DNA of 63,474 nt, filler included, from Saprolegnia diclina VS20 (Eukaryota), in NCBI RefSeq assembly GCF_000281045.1. It is 8 parts of 3 records of this genome, joined end to end, with 100 filler letters (N's around TTAATTAATTAA, not from the genome) between each part and the next. Parts side by side here need not be neighbours in the genome. Positions count along the whole stretch, not along the records: positions 44,409 to 54,055 come from NW_008246084.1; positions 54,156 to 56,407 come from NW_008246085.1; positions 56,508 to 58,839 come from NW_008246086.1; positions 58,940 to 60,817 come from NW_008246086.1; 4 more parts are not named here. One strand, given 5' to 3'. The notes beneath the pieces were generated by a model, which was not told where the DNA came from, did not search any database, and saw only the letters and a list, made by a program, of their open reading frames with translations. Position numbers and translations under genes: made by a program. Numbering within the stretch: position 1 is the first letter of the stretch; every line of letters starts with the position of its first letter. Positions 47,401-59,420 of this stretch are shown in pieces.

Positions 47401-50400
47401 GTCCACAAAGCACGTTGGGCACGACAACCGCCACGCTGCATTTGGGTACATGCTTTTGGGCCTGCGCAGCACTGCACGGGATGGTGCACTGGTGCTGGCA
47501 GCGACGTCGATAGAGTACGGGCACCTTGCACTTCAGCTGCTGGAAAGTTGCACACGGCTCAAACTGGCTGACGTCGCCTTCATCGATCGTCGCGACGGCA
47601 GGTTGATGTCGCAAGACAGCCATCGCACTGCGCTTCATATGACATGGACCTTGCACCGTGTGCCCGCAAACAGGGTTCACAAACTCGTCCGTCACGTTGC
47701 ATGCGTTCGACTGCTTGGCAAGGTCAAATGCAACTTCGCACGCGACCTTCTGGGTGTGTCCACATGCCTTGACAAAGGTAACGGGCTCGTGGCAAGCGTG
47801 GTCCTTGGGACCGTACACTTCGCCTTCGTGCACCACACCAGCGCTGCAGCTCTCGCCGCTCCAGGCGACCAGCGAGGCAGCAACGTTGCACGGCACCGTG
47901 ACAAGGTGACCGCATCGTGGCAGGGCCACCGTCAGCTTTTTCGAGCAAATGAACGCGTGGGGGGCGGCCGCGTACTGCTGGCGGACGTAGCATGGGATCG
48001 ACACCCCGTGGCCACACGCCGGCACATACTCGACGGTGGTCATGCACTTCTTGGCCGACGTAGGATTGGCCGTGAGGCGGACGTACTCGGCGCACGTGCA
48101 CGTAAGCGTATGCTTGCACGCTGTGTAAATGAACGGCGCGACGCTGGCCTTGTTGCATTCTGGCCAAGAACGGAACCCTTCCGAAATTTCGGTTTCTTCC
48201 ACGCACGGCATCGACACCGTGTGGGAGCACGGCAAGAGCACGTCGACGCTCACTCTGCACTGGTACAGTGTCAGCGCTTGGTCGATGGAACCAGGTGCTC
48301 GGCGGCCGCTGAGGCTTGCATAGATCTGGGCGCACACTAGTGCAGTGGTGTGACGATGGCACGGCGACGGCACGCGCACTGAGCACGCCGTGTTGTGGGT
48401 CAACGCTGGCCAATGGCACGTCTTGCCGCACACGTGCGAGCATGGAAGGGCGGCGTTGCAGACAACGTTGCAGAACCCGAGCTGAAGCTGGTCGGGCCGT
48501 GTCGCCAAGACAACTCGTTCGTTGGGGTGCAGCGGGCAGCAGATGGGCAATTTGGGCCCAAGCCGGCTATCGCCAAACCAAACCGTGTCAACGTCGTCAC
48601 CAGAGTCGTTCGCTGCGGGGCCTCGAAGTTTTGAGAGCGTTGCCTGCCAATGGGCGACGGCTTGGTTGTCTGTCGTCTCAAAGTAGCCGACGTTGCCCAC
48701 AATGTACATGCCGATACGAGCGCGGCTCAGCAACACAATCATGCGGTTCACGAGCTTCACAAACGGCGTGCGCGACTTGGCGTCAATCACGAGCGAGATC
48801 AAGACGATGTCGGCTTCGTCGCCCTGGAACCGATCAACGGTCGAGAGCGAGACCGTGTCGGCTGTTGTTGACGCCTCGCGGTGGACGAGCTTGGCCTTCA
48901 TCAGCTTTTCGCGCATCAGCATAAGCTGGCCCTTGTACGGCGTCAAGATGGCGATCGACGACGGCTTCACCCCGCACGCGACGAGGTACTTTGCAAGCGC
49001 AACGACCATGTCGGCCTCATAGGTGTTGATCTTCGAAAGACCAACCGATGCCTTTTGTTGGCGGCCTTCGTGCGTCCAGAAATACACGTGCGGCAAAACA
49101 CCGGGCACATCGCGGCCATGCGCCGGGAGGCACTTTAAAAGTGGCGACGTCGGCAGCGTCCGCGTCGCGCACGTCGGGTGGTCTTCAATCGCGACGATGT
49201 CCGTGTAAAACGCGCGCGTCAAGTCGCAAATGTTTTGGCGCATGCGGCGCTGAATCGCGAGCACCGACGTGGGCACAGCGTGGTCGGCGGGTGCGCGAAT
49301 GAGTCGCTCAAACATCGAGACGCCAATTTTGTTGATGCGCTCAAAGTTGAACTTGGACTGCACCGAGGGCTTGAGCTGGAGGTGGTCGCCAATCATCTCG
49401 AGCTTGCACGTGCTGGCGCCGAGGCACACAAACAAAAGCGGCTCAAGGACCTCGGATGCCTCTTCGACAATGATGGCAAACGGGTTCGTCGACCGGATCG
49501 ACTCGAGCCGCGAAATGCAGCCAACGATCGTGCCGCCAATCACAGCCTTGCCTTCGTACACTCGCGCCTTCGCCTTGACCTCGGCGTCATGGAGCATTTG
49601 GCGCGCGTGTTCCACGCTCTTGGCCAGGTAGCCCAGCCATGCAGCAAGGATACCACGATGGCGCGACTCGAGAAGCATCAATTGACGACGGCGCTCGTCC
49701 AACGACATCGCCCACGACCAGTCCCGCGGTGGCACGACGGCAGCTTCGTCGTACTCGGGAGCTGCAGTGGCAGCACTGCTCATGCTCGCGTCCGAGATCT
49801 CGTTTTCAAGGGCTTCGCTGCCGTCGACGTCGCCGCGCGTGTACACCACGTCATCAAAGACCTCGCGCAGATGCTGCAAGTGCTCCGACTCTTCGACTTC
49901 GTCTTCATTGCCAAGTGCTGCCTTGTCACACGGCTCGTCCAGAAGCCCCGTGTAGTCGTCGTTGCTGTCTTCCGAGTCGCTTGCCTCATCATCGCTCGAC
50001 TTGGTAATCTTCTCACTCGGGCTCGCTGCGTGAGCTGCCAGCAAAACCGGTGACGATGGCTTCTCGGCACAGTCGGTCGCTGGCGGCGAAACCGCCCCCG
50101 GCACTGCGTCTTGCGCAACGTGGGGAGGGGCGGTCGTCGTCGGCTTGGCCACGTACTGGGACTTATGGTCGACACAGAAGGGGATTTTCTGTTGCGAAAA
50201 GACCGCCTTGCACGGCTTGCCCTTGCGCGTCTTGGCGGAGCACGACGTGTACATGGCGTCATCAACGTCCATTTGGTCATTCGGCGCTGGCACTGCTGTT
50301 GCGACCTCGACCGCCGTCACGGTGGTTGTGGCTGCGCGTGTTGCCTGCGAGCGATGTGCCGCACAGAACGGTAGGTTGAGGCTGTTGACCTTCGCCTTGC

Positions 50401-53400
50401 AGGCGTAGCCCTTCTTCGTCTTGCCGCGGCACGTCGTCTTCTGATGCGCCGTACAGTAGTCCGACGATTCGAGCACCTCGTTGATACACATCGACGCACA
50501 GCACAAAGGGTGTCGACTACACACGTTGCGAGGCGGTGCGTCTTCGGCGGGATGCGCCAGCTTGGACGGGCAGCTCGCGAGGCAAACAAAGCACGCATGG
50601 CTTTCGCACAACACTTGGCCTGGCAACTTATAGTTGTCGCATTCACCCGAGGTGCATGCGTGTTGGCGACAGTACGAGCGACCCTCGTCGGCCACCGCAT
50701 CCGTGCAGTCGTCCATGCTGCACACATGGCTCTCGCATAGCGCAAGCTCGCGCGACCACGCGACGCGATCACACGTCGTATCGCCGCTGCAAAAGCGACA
50801 TTGCGGTAGCGGAACAAACCCCGTCATCCACTTCCAGAGCACTTCTGTAGTTTGGAATTGGTTGTGGTAGTGTGCAATGCCACGCATGAGTCCTAAATCC
50901 CCATCCATGAGCTTTGATGGGTATCGATGTCTCTACCTTCAATGTGGTCGCCCGCCATTGGTTGCATCGTCGACGTTTTGAGTGCGTCAAACATCGTGCG
51001 CCATGATGGGTCGTCAAACACCGCGTCGCCCGTGAACGCGTGCATGTCGAGGTGCAGCAAGAGCGTCTGGACGTACACCGCGGCAGTCGTGCTCTCCTTC
51101 GTCGCGTCGTTGAGCAAGTTGTACTGGAAGTTGACAAGCGGCGAAATGTCGTCGCTGAAGTGGCGCACATCGCCGCGGAGCTGATGCAGCTGTTCGAGGT
51201 GCACCTTCTGAGCTTTAACTTCCTTGTGGGAGCAAAATACGCTCTGCTCCGAGAACGGCGCCAGCTCTGGGTCCTTGCACACGCCGCCAATGCGAACGAG
51301 CCCGTTTGTCCCGTACTTGAGGCTCGATTGCGTGCGCACGAGGTCCTTTAAAAACTCGTCGATCGCATGGTTCTTGTACGAGAGAACTAGAATCGGCGGC
51401 TGCCCAACCGAGGGGCACTGCTGGATCCAGAGTTTGCGCACAATGAGCAAAGCACGCGCGAGACCGACACCCAAGTACGACTTGCCCGTCCCTGGTGGTC
51501 CTTGGGTCAAATGCACGGGGTGGGTCAAGGCTTCGAGAAAGCTCCGCCGCTGGCCCGGGTCCAGCGTCAACTCGCGCATGAGCTCGATCAAACGAGTGTG
51601 CAGCTGAGCGCGGGCGCGAGAGTCGCGGCGAATTTGCACAATCGGGTCCAGCGTGCTCATGGCCAGCATGCGATCCAGAAGCACATCGTCGTCGTCACCC
51701 TCGACGAATGCCAAACTCGAGGTCGCGGGGGCGTGCGACGACAAGTTCAGCCACGTGCCGTCGCCGAATGGTAGCGTGATCGCCTTTTGGAGCTCGAGCG
51801 CTTTTAAGACCGGGATGAACTCGGGCACAAAGATCTGGCAGTCGACGACAACAAGGTGGTCACCGATGTGCACGAGCTCGTGCACGTTCACGTTCACAAT
51901 GCCCGAACAAAGCACAGCGAGCTCGCCGGCTTCTCGACGTTTGTCTTCAAAGCGACTGTCTTCGTGTGGCACGATCGACGCCCACGTGATGCGGTCGGGC
52001 CCACGCAAGGGCACACCACGCCCAGAGACCTTGACAAAGCCCACGAGGTTTGGGCACGACAAACGGTTCGTCGTTCGCCAGTGGATGGCCTGGGCTGGCG
52101 GGCGGCGGCTCATGACGTTGCCGAGAAAAATGCGACCGTCGGTACCCACGTGAAAGACCTCTGCGTCGTACACATGCGTCGACGCCTTGATGCCTGGTGG
52201 ACCAATGAGCCCCGTCTGAGACCGCGCAGCGCACGTTCCACAGAGCCCGCGGTTGTGGTGACGATGCGAGCACACAAGAACGACGGGGCGCTGACAATCA
52301 CGCGTGCGGCACGTCGCTGCTCCAGGCGCACCGTGGTGGCACGGCCAGAGAACTTGGTTGCACTCGGGCTCGAGACACTTGGAACTCAGTGCTCCGTTGC
52401 CGTCCCCAAACGTCATTGCCGTCCAGAGGCGCTCGATCGTCTTGATGTAATCGTCTCGCGACGGGTACACGCCAGCCGATGGCGTGTCGGGTGTCTTCAT
52501 CACCGGCAAGCACGACGGCTGGAACAACCGCGGGTTCAGCAGCCAGTCCACGGTCGCGAGCTCCCATGTCGGGCGAGTCGACGGCAAGACTACCTCTGGA
52601 GCATCATCTCGCGCACCGCTTCCAAGCAGGATGATCCACGGCTTCTCGAGCTCGTCGAGCAGCTCCGTGATCTTGGTTTGGGCCGCGCGGTGCTCGGGTC
52701 GGTTGATGCGCAGAAGCGACGACGCTGCGCACAAAATGGCTCCGAGCTCTTCCTTAACAGCGCATTGATCTTCATCCCAGTGGAATTTGAGCAAGCGCTA
52801 CGTACAGTCCATGAATACCCCCGCTAGGTTGTCGCATAATAAAGTACCTGCACAAAGCGAACGAGAATTTCTGCTGCCGCGATGGTCTCGTCATCGTTCT
52901 TGGAAGAAGATCGCATGGCAGTGGCATACGCATCACCGACTCGGCGGCAGCTTGCGCTGGGTGGCTGCTTCACGGGCGACGAGTACGGAAGCTTGACGAG
53001 GGACACGATGAGGATGTGGAGCTGCTGTTCCGACAAGCGGTCGTAGTCGTTCCAGCACGTGTTCCACGACGTCGTCTCAAAAGCCCGGATCGTCTCGGCC
53101 AGCTTCGGTCCATCTTGGGCGTCCAGAAGTCGCAGAAAGCGCGCAACGTCGTTCTCGGAACGACTAGCGTTGCTAGTCCGGCCGCCTCCGCGGCCCCATG
53201 GTGGACCCCCGGTGCTTCCCGTCGTCGGACCACGGCCGCTGCCCCGTCTCGCGTTCGATGGGGGGATCCATCGGCCTCCGCGTCCACGGCCTCGTCCCCC
53301 ATCGAAGAAGCCTCTTCCTCGACCTCCGTCTCCTCGTCCCCCGTCGCCTCGGCCGCGGCCGCGACCTGCATGTCCCCGTCCTCTTCCGGCGTCTTGCGGG

Positions 53401-53441
53401 ATCGTCCAGCGTCCGCCCCGTCCTGCGTACCCGTGGCTCAT
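44409..53441 (-). CDS. Giant ZNFX1-like SF1 helicase with NFX1-type Zn fingers and at least two CbbX/SpoVK-type AAA domains (3' end cut by gap)
   Basis: RGG N-terminus; QGPPGTGKS, SYKNHAID, IIVEEASE, IGDHLQL, SMFERL, QRRM, ILTPYKGQ, TVDRFQGDE, VLLSRAR; many LPCxH/CGH fingers; AAA motifs GNAGTGKT..VLFIDEAY..GFGNAR and GNPGTGKT..VLVIDEAY. Introns near 52800-52848 and 50893-50936. Confidence 0.9.
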
Positions 53442-54155
53442 CGTCGTCTCCAGTCGCGCGCAAATTGGGAAATGCTGGTCGCTCGCATCGGCCCGTTGGC
53501 CTCTCGCGCAGGTGGCGATGGTTTGAGATTGAAAATTGCCCAATCATCTGCGTGTTCCAAGCATCGGGCTCTGTGATTGGTCACTATCTCGTGTGAACGT
53601 TAATTCTCGGAAATGAGTGTGGTGATTGGCCAATGCACCTTGGTCCCGCTGAGCTGGCACAGCGCGCTGTCAACCTGGCCAACTGGTGGAAGCTGCAGTC
53701 TCTTCCCGCTCGTGCAGTCTCTTGCCGCTCGTCACGTCATGGGCACCATGGGCGTCACGATGCGGTGAGACTCCCTGTGCAATGGCTTAAGGTGGGAGCA
53801 ACGCAACGCGTGTCGCCAGCTAACCGCGTTCACACAATGTCCACAGCTGCAAGCTTGAGACTGTTGGCTTTATCAAGGTCGGGTGCACTGAAGCTGGCAT
53901 TGTCGGCGTCTATCGCCGCTTCGTTGCAGTTGAAGAACGCAGTACTGATAAAACAAGTCCGACTCGTTCAAGTCCCACACAGCAAAGACCCTATAGCTGA
54001 ATGAAGGTTGGCGTGTAAAGCGTCACGCTAGCATATCAACTGCGCGTCCGTGACGNNNNNNNNNNNNNNNNNNNNNNNNNNNNNNNNNNNNNNNNNNNNT
54101 TAATTAATTAANNNNNNNNNNNNNNNNNNNNNNNNNNNNNNNNNNNNNNNNNNNN

Positions 54156-54266
54156 GCGGTCCTCATCTTCTGCTTTTGCATGCTCGTCTACTCGATCACG
54201 TGCAGCATCCTCTCCATGTTTGAGTCGACGTCGTGCTTGATCATTGCGGGTGGCGACGGCTGCTAA
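54156..54266 (+). CDS. C-terminal fragment of a membrane transporter, probably folate-biopterin transporter (FBT) family
   Basis: ...LVYSITCSILSMFESTSCLIIAGGDGC* resembles oomycete FBT C-termini as I recall them (not searched). Confidence 0.55.
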   Translation, partial: AVLIFCFCMLVYSITCSILSMFESTSCLIIAGGDGC

Positions 54267-56248
54267 GCCTCCTTTTGTTTAGCTCTTTGCTTCGATGTGT
54301 AAAGTTCTAGAGCCTAATGTAGCGTTTTAAATTCTAGCCGAGGCTTGTGAATTTTCCGCCAAGCGATCGTGGCTTGGGACTCCCAAGCCACTGTCCAGGC
54401 CTCCCAAGTTGGGAGGAGGCCTGGACAAGCATAATGAAACAACATTATCACATCATACACTGTCTACATTATACACTGTATGAACAAACAGAGTATACAT
54501 GCACCGAAACACTGGTTGTGGTGACATTGTGTAACAGAAACCACTGGATACAAGATCCGGCCGCCGGGTCTAAACGCTGTTTATATCTTGCAGCCCGTAG
54601 CGCAAACAATTGTATGATTCGCCGCCACAAATCTGATGTGACGCAGCCAATGCGTCTCGGCACGGCAAATGTGTGGTGCTCAAGACTCGAAAATCTTGTG
54701 GGCGACGATGTTCGCTTACAGGCCAAGCCATGCGTTGGGTGCAGTTGAGGGCTCATCTGCGCAGCTCAGTAAACCTTGACAGCAAACTACAGTACCGGTT
54801 GTAGATACGAGGCGTGCACCTCGCGAACCAAGATATTGCGTGCTCTGTCTGCTTGTTCGTTCCGAGCGAGTTTTTCGGCGGACGACCCCCAGATGCTGGA
54901 GCTGGGACGAATAAATAGGGCACAGCGAGGCAACGTCATAGGTTTTGCTTGCCAAGCTTTTGCCACAGGTTTCTCTGCCGAGAAATGATCAAGTTTCGAG
55001 CCACTTCGAAGGCACAGGAATCGCCGCCGATATAAAAAGGCCACAGAACCAACTCGTCATGGGCGACTTCTTCCACGCTCCGCTTGCTTTCTGCCACAAC
55101 GCGCACGGCCACGTGACGTGCTCCACATGCCCTTGGACGCCGGTGTGGACACGAGATTACTTGCAGCAACAACGATGCGCACGGCAGGTCGCAATTCGCC
55201 TATATAAGTACCATTGCCTTTCTGATGCTCTATCCGCGACGCGAACCGTCGTCATATTGTCTGAATTGTGCGAATTCGCTTGCACCGACCAAAAAAGGGT
55301 GCTCGGCCCCCTTTTCGTGTCACGAACGGGATTGCACCCACAGAGGTGCGATCTGAGTTGACAGATGGCAAGTCGTCGTATAAAATTTTCATAAGCGATT
55401 TGTATACCGCCGTGCATCTGCCGTGGGACGACAGTAGGACGTCGAAGGAAACAACGTTGGAAGGTGAGCAAGCTGGTGCACCCAGATCCCTTCAAGCACC
55501 TACTACCGGTGAGCTCTTATCGAAACAGTCGCAACACGCCGATGGCGTTCCATTGCGCCACGATTTGGGTTCGGTCGCTCCGACCGCCTGTCTACTTAGA
55601 CGGGTACGACAAAGACGGCTGCGCGAAAGAGAAAAGAAGCGGCGTCTGCGCAGTCTCATCGAGGGAGCTAGCATTGTTGCCACAGTTATTCGTGGAGCGT
55701 TGAGACTGAAATGAACGAGCGATTGCCGTCGGTACCAATTCCACACCTAGTACTTCCAGAGAGTCTGTGCGACTGTTCTTCTAACGCACGATTGCGGCGG
55801 CGCGACGTAACGAGCTGCTCTTCAAGAAGATCCTCATCTGCGAACGCTACTTCATTTTTTTGACTCAGACGCCTTCAGTCGGACCGGGTTTCGAAGACGT
55901 TGCCCGCACTGCACAACACCCCAGCTATCAAAATACCCATGTTTTTATCTCTTGGGACGATTCCTCTTCGCGCAGCAGCGTAGCAAGTGTCGATAAGCGT
56001 CGTTGCTACGCCGACATTTTCCTCTTTGGACTTGGCACTGATCAGTACATACATATTTTAAGTTAAAGTTTTCTACTACTCTAAGATGACGGTACACGAC
56101 ACTTCTGATCCGACCTCGTGAGTGGACGGGACAGCGCATCGTAACCTTCAACGTTTCGTGGCTACAGTACCGACCGTACATCTCGCGCGCAAGTATTTCG
56201 ATCAGATTTGAAGGGATTTACAAACACCGGCCAGTTCCGCGATCTCAA

Positions 56249-56270
56249 ACTCTCACTTTCCTTTTTGCCT
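56249..56270 (+). promoter_or_regulatory. Oomycete Inr/FPR-like core promoter
   Basis: CTCACTTTCCTTTTTG about 35 nt upstream of ATG 56291, followed by an AACAACAACC-ATG context. Confidence 0.55.
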
Positions 56271-56290
56271 TCTCAGCACCAACAACAACC

Positions 56291-56407
56291 ATGGCAGCCA
56301 AACGACCGGGTGCCATTGAGCTCCAAGAACGCGTCTCGTACGTCTCGGTGACCCAAGACAAGGCCGCTGGCGAAGACTACGGCGACGTCAAAACCCCCGG
56401 CGAGCTC
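56291..56407 (+). CDS. N-terminal fragment, probably FBT-family transporter (cut by gap)
   Basis: MAAKRPGAIELQERVSYVSVTQDKAAGEDYGDVKTPGEL resembles the oomycete FBT 'ERVSY...Y...KTP.xLE' N-terminus as recalled. Confidence 0.6.
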
Positions 56408-56740
56408 NNNNNNNNNNNNNNNNNNNNNNNNNNNNNNNNNNNNNNNNNNNNTTAATTAATTAANNNNNNNNNNNNNNNNNNNNNNNNNNNNNNNNNNNNN
56501 NNNNNNNCTTCCAACAGCAACCCCGCCAACGTAATGTCACTCGTAGACGAAGCATCCGAGAACGCTCGGCGAAAAGCTCGTTGGCCTTTGTACCGGTATA
56601 CGGAGCCAATCAGCAATGAGATCGTTGGTGCAACGGGACGATGCCACGTAGGTTCGAATTCTCGCCGATATTCTATTTTTGGCGCTCAATGAAGCGAAGC
56701 TCATTTTGAGATTGGCGAGCTCCGTACACACCCATCACCA

Positions 56741-58839
56741 ATGAGCACACCCAGCGGCAACAACCACCGTCGAGAAGCCGACGGTGCATCGGCGTCGGCG
56801 GTGGTGGCCAATGTCTCCAAGTCGGCTAAAAAGAAGCGCCGTGGCGCGGCCAAAACGGACGAGCGTCTCGAAGCCTTCCACTCGCTCCACGCCAACATGC
56901 AGGCCAACCTGGCGACGGTGCGCTCCAACCTCCAGCGCTCGTACAGCCGCGCGAATCGACTGGACTTGGTGCTCGTCATGGACTGCACCAACTCGATGGC
57001 CCTCTGGATTGACGTGGCGAAGCGAGAGATGGCGACGATCCTTGCAACCATCCAAGTCGATCATCCGCAGGCGACTGTGCGTGTGGGCTTTGTGGCGTAC
57101 CGCGACTTTTGCGACGGCAGTTTGCGGCTCGAGATCCAGCAGCTCACGACCGAGCTCGCGCGCGTCGAAGCCTTCATTGCGTCGCTGGAAGCCACTGGCG
57201 GCGGCGACGGACCTGAAGACATTCCTGGTGGTCTCGACGCGGCGCTGCGCTTGGACTGGCAGGCCGACGCCAAGTGCCTCGTGCTGGTCGCCGACGCGCC
57301 GTGCCATGGCGAGCTCTACAATGACCTTGGCGACGACCATCGGTATGCCGCTGAGATCCTCGAGAGTCCGTGCATTCAAGGCCAGATGCGCGAGCTTGCG
57401 ACACGCGGCATCGACTTTGCCTTTATCGACATTGTGCCCAAATGGACGGCAACAATGTTGGCGATGCTGGAACAAGCGTACGAGAGCGTGCTGCCGGCGC
57501 ACGGCAACCCGGGGCTGTTTTCGGTCGTGCCACTCGACAACATGGGCGACGAGATCAAGTTTGCCCCTGTCGTGTCGCACCACAGCAGCGCTGTGCTATT
57601 GGCGAGCCAATGCGTGAGCGTCTTTTCGCCGGCGCTTGCGCCCTCCACACCGATGCCCTCGGCGCCACTGCCATTGCCACTGGCGCCCCCACGCCCTCCG
57701 ACGCCGGAATGGTCGCCACCAATGACGATCTTGCCTCTCGACTGGAATGGTATTGGTATGCTCGATGCCGTGTCGGCCGAGCGCCATACGTTGTGCTTGG
57801 GACCTGGGTCCATGGACTGGTCCGCGCCGGACCTCCGCCACGCCACCCACGCCACAACGCTCCGCCTTTGCAAGGTCCCTTTCGCACGCGGCGGCATGCG
57901 CACAGCTCATGGACTTGTCGACGCGACGGTGGCCTCGCCGCTCGTGGCCAAATTCTACTTTGGCCGCGCCAAAGCCACGGGCTACGACGTTCGCCGTGAT
58001 GTCGAGACGCAGACGATCGCCAAGGCACTCGCGTCGGCGTTTACCATGGCAACGTCGCCAGGCGCCGACTTTTTGTATGCGTGCTGGTACACGGTCGACG
58101 GTCTCCCGGCATTCACGGCTGAGCCGTTTATGGACGGCGACTACCGCAAGTTCAACAACAACAGTGGGTGGACCCAGAAAGCGGCGACGACGGCGCAAGC
58201 GTTTAGCCATTTCACGTGGCAGCACACGCTCGGCCAAGCGTTGGTCGTGGACCTTCAAGGCGTCGACGGTCTATGGACCGACCCGCAGATCCATGCGCTC
58301 GACAAGACGCTCTTTGGTCGCGGCAACCTCGGCGAAGAAGGCATGACGCGCTTCTTTGCGACGCACGAGTGCAACGCCCTCTGCACGGCGCTGGGGCTTC
58401 CGCCGTTTGATGGACCGGACCCAATGGCTGCACCCCTACCTCTTGCACCATCGGAGGATGAGATGCGCTGCAGCTGTTGGCTCTGCGGGGCAACGTACAC
58501 TCGGACGCACGCTGCCGTTGTAGCCGAGCTCAAGGCGAATGACGGGTGCGACGTGCACTGCGATGCGTGCACCGCGCTTATTACTGCGACAACATCGACC
58601 GTGGCCTGCAGCACGTGCAACCGACCCGTGACGTTTGCCGCATACCGCTGCGAGATGGAAGGCGAGGCACCACCAACGCTGTGCATGGGGTGTACGCCAC
58701 CGACGCTGCCGACGACGTGGATCAAGCGAATCCATGCGGCAGTAGAAACGGCGGCGCAGGCGGACGGGTGGGCGACGCTGGCGGCCGTCGAGCACCACTT
58801 GGTCACGGCGCACCCTGGTTTCCGCTCCACTGAGTATGG
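56741..58839 (+). CDS. VWA, alpha-kinase (eEF2K/MHCK-type), Cys-rich finger and LOTUS/OST-HTH-like protein (3' cut by gap)
   Basis: VWA: LDLVLVMDCTNSM, VGFVAYRD, GGGDGPED, ADAPCHG. Alpha-kinase: PFARGGMR, EPFMDGDYRKFNNNSG, QAFSHFT, VVDLQGV, TDPQIH, GRGNLG, HECNALC. C-terminal DGWATLAAV..HL...HPGF.STEYG. Confidence 0.9.
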
Positions 58840-59091
58840 NNNNNNNNNNNNNNNNNNNNNNNNNNNNNNNNNNNNNNNNNNNNTTAATTAATTAANNNNN
58901 NNNNNNNNNNNNNNNNNNNNNNNNNNNNNNNNNNNNNNNGCGGGTTGCCGTAGTGGGACAAGCGCAGCAGCTCGGCTTGGTTGCTGATAATAGGTCGCGA
59001 AGACGCCAAGGTGGTGCGCCGGCAGCACTCGCCAGTCGAAGTTTGGACGACGTCGGTAGCCGGCAAGTCGGATCTCTACGAGCGCTCAGCA

Positions 59092-59420
59092 ATAAGATCG
59101 TTCGTTGGTGCAACGGGACGATGCCACGTAGGTTCGAATTCTCGCCGATATTCTATTTTTGGCGCTCAACGAAGCGGAGCTCATTTAAAGATTGGCGAGC
59201 TCCGTACGCACCCATCTCCAATGAGCACACCCAGTGGCAACAACCACCGTCGAGAAACCGACGGTGCATCGGCGTCAACGGTGGTGGCCAATGTCTCCAA
59301 GTTGGCCAAAAAGAAGCGCCGTCGACCGAAACGGACGAGCGTCTCGAGGCCTTCCACTCGCTCCACGCCAACATGCAGGCCAACCTGGCGACGGTGCGCC
59401 CTAACCTCCAGTGCTCGTGA
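59092..59420 (+). pseudogene. Truncated duplicate of the VWA-alpha-kinase upstream region and 5' end
   Basis: Near-identical to ~56615-56942 (MSTPSGNNHRRE.DGASAS..), with a frameshifting deletion near 59322 and termination near 59420. Confidence 0.9.

Noticed and set aside
50893..50936. Apparent frameshift splitting the helicase into two genes
   Set aside because: A short GT-AG intron (gtagagac...atttag on the minus strand) restores the frame.
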